From the NCBI GenBank assembly GCA_951804945.1, contig OX638159.1:39618001-39682000 (forward strand): a stretch of DNA of 64,000 nt, given 5' to 3'. A program made the translations under genes and the position numbers. This DNA comes from Podarcis cretensis (lineage: Eukaryota). The notes beneath the pieces are model-generated. The model did no database searches. It saw nothing but the letters and a program-made list of their open reading frames with translations, and was not told the DNA's origin. How positions within the stretch are numbered: position 1 is the first letter of the stretch; each line of letters starts with the position of its first letter. Positions 59,041-64,000 of the stretch are shown here, piece after piece.

Positions 59041-62000
59041 GGTCCTCTTGAGAAGTGTTAAGCTTGAAGATCACTTAATTTATTTGTGTGACTTGAGATG
59101 GTCAAACACGAACTTTTCATCTAAGGCTATGTATTCTAAAGAAAACAACTAACATTTTTGCTGGAATGCTTATTGGAGTGTGGTACAGTAAGTGTGTAAT
59201 TCCTGTAAATTATGGTAATTTAATAGTGGTGTGGTGGATTTGCAAGAAAGGTGCCTTGGTGTTTTGGGGGGTTTTTTAAGAAATGAGATTTGAAATGTCT
59301 TACCTAATAAGCAACTAAATTATCTTCTCACAAGTACTTTAGGAACTTAGCATTTATTTGACCGTGCTCCTTTCAGAGTTGGCCTTGCTGCATTTGCTTT
59401 TTCTCAGATCTCACTTGGGCACGCAGGCACACACAAACCACTTCTTGATAAAAAGAAAAATGAAGTAGACATGGTGCCAGGTTGTGCATAGAGCCTGTGT
59501 ACTTGTAGATGTATGTGCATTTTGTCTGGGTACCTTGTGTAGCTTGCATATGTGAGAGTGTGGAATGGGACACCTACCAGTGGCAAGTGGTCCTTGGTGA
59601 ATGCTGCCATCAGACCAAAAGACCTTTGCCATCCTTACTCCTTCAAAGTTTCATTGTCGTTTTCCTCCTTCATCTTCCATCTTAGAGGAAAAAACACCAC
59701 CTTGCAGAAGGACTAGCATTAAAATGGATGCTGGGGTTTCTCATGCAGGATGAAACACTTGGGCCTGGGTTAATGGCTGGTCAGGTCTCCAGCTCCCCAA
59801 GTGTAGACCTAAATGTGCCCTGGTTAAAATCTCTCCTCAGTTGTATTTGTTTGTCTGACTGAGGTTGCAAGTGGACATTGTCTAAATACACATTTTTAAT
59901 GACTTTTTTGGGGAAATTTTAATCAGCTTCTTAAAATCCTTCTTTCCCTCCTTCACCTGAATTCCATATGTACATTGTGCTATGCAGGCAACTTCTGATC
60001 CGGTGGTACATGATTACATACCCCTCTTTCCATAAGATCAGTAATGGTTTATTTTCAGTTCTTGATGGGAAATCATGTACAGTTTTGGGAAGCTGAAGTA
60101 CTCTCTTGCAACTCCCTATATAAGAAACATTGAAGCACAATTACACTGTCACAGTGGCTGCACTTTTACTCAAATCTGGGGTAAGCTTTGCCTTCAAAAC
60201 TTCTTTTCGGCTACAATTCTATGGTGGATAGGCTTGTATATATATTTTCTAACGTCAGAGGATCTGTGAATGGGGAAAGCTCTGTAACAAGGATCTGTAG
60301 CAGTTTATCTTGTTAGCCTTAATCAGTTTATCACTTGGTTAGCTGCTTGAGCACATTGTGTTTTGCAGGTCTGTGAAATATTTAACCCTATTACATGAAG
60401 ACACCAGTTGTTAGCATTTGGATTCATCCTTTTGGACATTCAGTGCACTGAGGAAAGAGGATGTGTGTTTTTGACAGGACACTCGAGTTACAGGACCCAA
60501 GTTCTGTAACATACTTCTGGATAACCTTCTGCAGATACACCCATGGAGGAATTGTGTGGAGCTGTGTGAAGAAGTTCCCTGTATCTTACACCATGAAGAG
60601 GGCATGTATGTGGTTGAGTAAAAGTTCAGAGTTCAAATGCTGATTCCACGCTGCTGTAGTCACTAGTCCCCAGGCTGAAGCAGGCAGGGTTGAGGCAGGC
60701 AAATTGACTGCTGGTACTGGCCTAAAAAGGATAGTTCTGCTTTTTAAATCCAGATTCTCTCCCCAAGCAACATAGGAATTAAACTTCATACCCTTCTAAT
60801 TGTGCTCTCAGCACAAGAATTTCTGCTTGCCGGACAAAATTATCCTCCCTCTCCTTCCCATGGACTGTTCCAGGGGTTTTACCAACCTTCCAGAGCAGAT
60901 TTGGGAAAGGAGGGGGGAAGCTGCATTGCATTAGCAGGAGTCCTAGTGCTGGCTGGGTTAGTTGAATCTGGCCCGTAATGTTCCTTTCAGAAACCCTTTG
61001 AGTAGACTGTTTTCCCTATGTTGGTTCTAGATAACACAACTAATATTAGATAATTATAACTAGTAATTAGATAATCCTTTAGGGTAGCAGTAGTCAGCTT
61101 ACCCAGAGCAGCACCTCACCAGCTGTTCATGGTTCCACATGCAACATGTGTTTACTTCAAATAGAGGTCTGTTCAAAACATTAATCCTGAAATGGTTGAA
61201 CGTGTTGCTTTTTGTAACCAGCTATACACATTGAGGGATGCAGCGCAAGACCATACATAGGTTTTTTAGGGGGGTGGGAGATTAAGTTGCACTGTGTCCA
61301 GTGAGGCTCATTCCTGTGTAATTGAATGTAGGACTGCAGAACTACCTTTCCAACCTTTCTGATGAAATGTTCCTGGTAAGCTGATCTAGTAAATGTTACT
61401 AAGGGCTCTTCATGCAGTGTTCAGTTAGGAATGAATATTGCATATAGTAGGCTGTCAACAAATTCTAGGTCTGATTTTAAGCATGAGAATTCTGCTACTT
61501 AGCTGAGATACAGTTGTCATGATGCAGTTCCCTTCTTTTCTGGCTCTTCTAGATGAAGCAGATACTTACAACCACTCTCACTTTAACTAAAATCTTGTTT
61601 GCTGAATCCTGCTTCGTTACAGCAAGTGGCTATCACTGCCCATACAAGAGACCTTTACCCTCAAGGAACTTTCCTCTGCCTCAATGAATAACCTCTTCAC
61701 AGCATACCACAAAGCTAGACTTGATGCATTTATGTGCAAGGCCTAGCTGTGTGTTTGAAATAATTTGGAGACTTTTGACTGCATTTCAGTGAGGCCAGGC
61801 TTTCACTTATTTATACCCTCTTTTATTTTTCAACACTATTCAAATGCATGACAACACGTGATAATGCAGCGGTTGGGAAGGGTAAATGTGAATTGTTCTT
61901 CTGTGGCTTTAATTGCTGTAGCGTTATCGTTCTGGGCTCTCCTTGTAAAACACTCAAGATGTTTTAGGACATTGGATAAATACTTGTTTTCCAAAAACCT

Positions 62001-62366
62001 GTTTGTTCCTGTCAAGCTCTACTATAAATGTAGTGGGCTTGCATTAAAAGTATTGAAATCCACTTAAGTGACTGTGAACATAAGTGTTGCATTTGTTTGA
62101 ATTCAAACAATTACCAGATAAAATTTTAGCAGCTTGTTTGTACTGTATATAACAATTTCAGCTATAAACTTCAAGCTTGTTTCATATGATGTTGAGCTTC
62201 AACTCAGTTTAGTATACTGATATGTGCTAGTTTTTAAGAAGTGTTTCAACTCCAAGGAGATTTTTAAAGGTTAGCATAAAAGCTGTATTAAGAACAGACA
62301 GTTTGTAAAACAATTGGGTCATAGTCTAGTTTTAACTGTGAAACTAAAATGCAACATACAGTGACA

Positions 62367-62372
62367 ATAAAG
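62367..62372 (+). terminator. Candidate distal TRIM23 polyadenylation signal
   Basis: AATAAA followed by U/GU-rich sequence, which would imply a 3' UTR of about 3.3 kb. A second AATAAA lies near 62633. Confidence 0.35.
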
Positions 62373-64000
62373 AGGTGTATATTAACGTATTGCTTTTAAA
62401 AAATAACGTATTAATGTATAGGGCTTCATTCCTTGACATACTCTAGCTTTTAACTGTATGTAATGAATTCTTTTCTAATTGTGGATTGGGAGTGAATGGA
62501 AGTATTGAGAGGGGTTATAGCACCAAGAATTTTATGCTCTGGGGCTGCTCAAGGTATAAAATAGCTCACAAAACAATGTTGGATTAAAAAAAATTGATGG
62601 TGTGATTTCAGAATGGCCTTGGACTCCCTAACAATAAAAATTCTCTAACCAGCTGGTGGAATGTGTCGTCTTTCTGAAGTAGATTTTTGCCACTTAATTT
62701 TTCTTTCCCCCCCAATCAAATATTTATTTATGGTCAACCAAGAAAGTGAATAATGAGTGAATGTGTCTGGATGTTGGATGGTTTATATTCGTAAGTGGGA
62801 GTGGGAGGTTTCAAATGAATGCTAAGTGTCTCCTGCCATTCTTTATAGATGTCAGCTCACATAAGAATGTGGTCAAAACAAATGGCACATGTGTGCATGT
62901 TCAGAGGTTGACCTCAGTTAGTCTTGGGGCACAAAATGAAGGTGATGAGTGAAAGGAAACTGGCCGATATGCATGGATAGTCTGCAGTCTGAAGCTAATA
63001 GATAAATTTGAAACCAGAAGCCAGTGGAGGTGCCTAGGTAATGCTGGCAAATGACAGCCACCCCACTCACTGTTCTCATAATTCCAGGGATTACTGAAGC
63101 AAGGTTTTCTTGAGACAACCCCTGAAAGCAATGAAGAGGCTTAAGTAAAGTGGGATGGTTCTCACCCTCCTTCCCCTCTCTGGGTTCCCCTTCTGCTTTT
63201 CCTCAACACAGCTAAGATATTTAGCTCACTTGCTCTTCTTCCAAGCCAAGCACTTCTAAGAAACTGCAAGTTGCGGGAACCACTTCCTCATTAGTGCCAT
63301 CTAGTGCCGAGAGAGAGATCGTTCCTCCTGCCCCGTCTCATCCCCCAAGTTCTTCAATGAACCCACCCTGAACTGAAGCAACAGTTTTGCTTTTCTCCTG
63401 CAGACAGACTGCAGGGATTCCACCCCATGAAGGAGGGAAGCTGATGAATGGAAGTAGGCAATTATCTGGCACTGGTTTGTCGCAAGGTTATGCACTTTTG
63501 CTGCCCCCCAAATAGGAATGTACACACTCTGCAACCATCTGCCAGGGGAAAAAAGATGAACTTTCCCCAATCTTGCTCAAATTTCAAGAACAATGGATTA
63601 AGAAAGGGACAAATCACTCTAATCCTTTTATAACCATTCCACTCAAAACCTAAATGATACCTATTTAGTATTAGCGATTATCAGCGGCTCAAATTATCAC
63701 TTGTTTTGTATGTTATTTAGTATAAAGAGATTCTTATTGTCAAGAATGCACAGTAATATGATTATGGTTACATGTTGTATTTGCAATTAAATACATTTAA
63801 AACCCCCAAAAAAACCTTTTTCCCCCATTCTATTTTGTGGGTAACGAGTTGGAAGACACAAAAATATTTCAGTGCTGGAATAGAACTGCTGGCAATGCTG
63901 CAGCATTTTCCATACTAGAAACCATTGCAATATATACACAAGATACATACTTTTCTAACATGGCTGGCTTTTATTTTTTGTATAAAAAACATTTTTAAAA

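Noticed and set aside
63700-64000. Possible 3' UTR end of PPWD1 on the minus strand (AATAAA at 63970-63975), expected from synteny
   Set aside because: No coding sequence in the window; cannot be supported from sequence alone.

Overview
Vertebrate genomic DNA, very probably a squamate reptile (lizard): it has a Sauria-SINE 3' tail, CR1/L2 fragments and many TA-flanked Tc1/mariner and 8-bp-TSD hAT MITEs. The window holds the conserved block syntenic with human 5q12.3, read in reverse. In order: NLN first coding exon (-), head-to-head across a CpG island with SGTB (+, 10 coding exons, 304 aa); TRAPPC13 (-, 13 exons, 416/417 aa, with an 18-nt microexon and a NAGNAG acceptor), converging tail-to-tail with SGTB; the shieldin subunit SHLD3 (-, single coding exon, 246 aa) nested in TRAPPC13 intron 1; and TRIM23/ARD1 (+, 11 exons, 578 aa, one GC-AG intron), head-to-head with TRAPPC13 across a second CpG island. 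All exons were spliced by hand, and the phases join into open frames. The most interesting structure is the predicted SHLD3 mRNA. It would share TRAPPC13 exon 1, turning the TRAPPC13 start codon into a 20-aa uORF, followed by four more uAUGs, one of which overlaps the SHLD3 start (an ATF4-like layout). There is also a set of local templated duplications: two clean hairpins, a 94-bp host intron segment copied into a MITE, and several direct repeats. There is a 258-N assembly gap. No prokaryote-type systems such as CRISPR are present. Gene names come from recognising the protein sequences and synteny, not from a database search.
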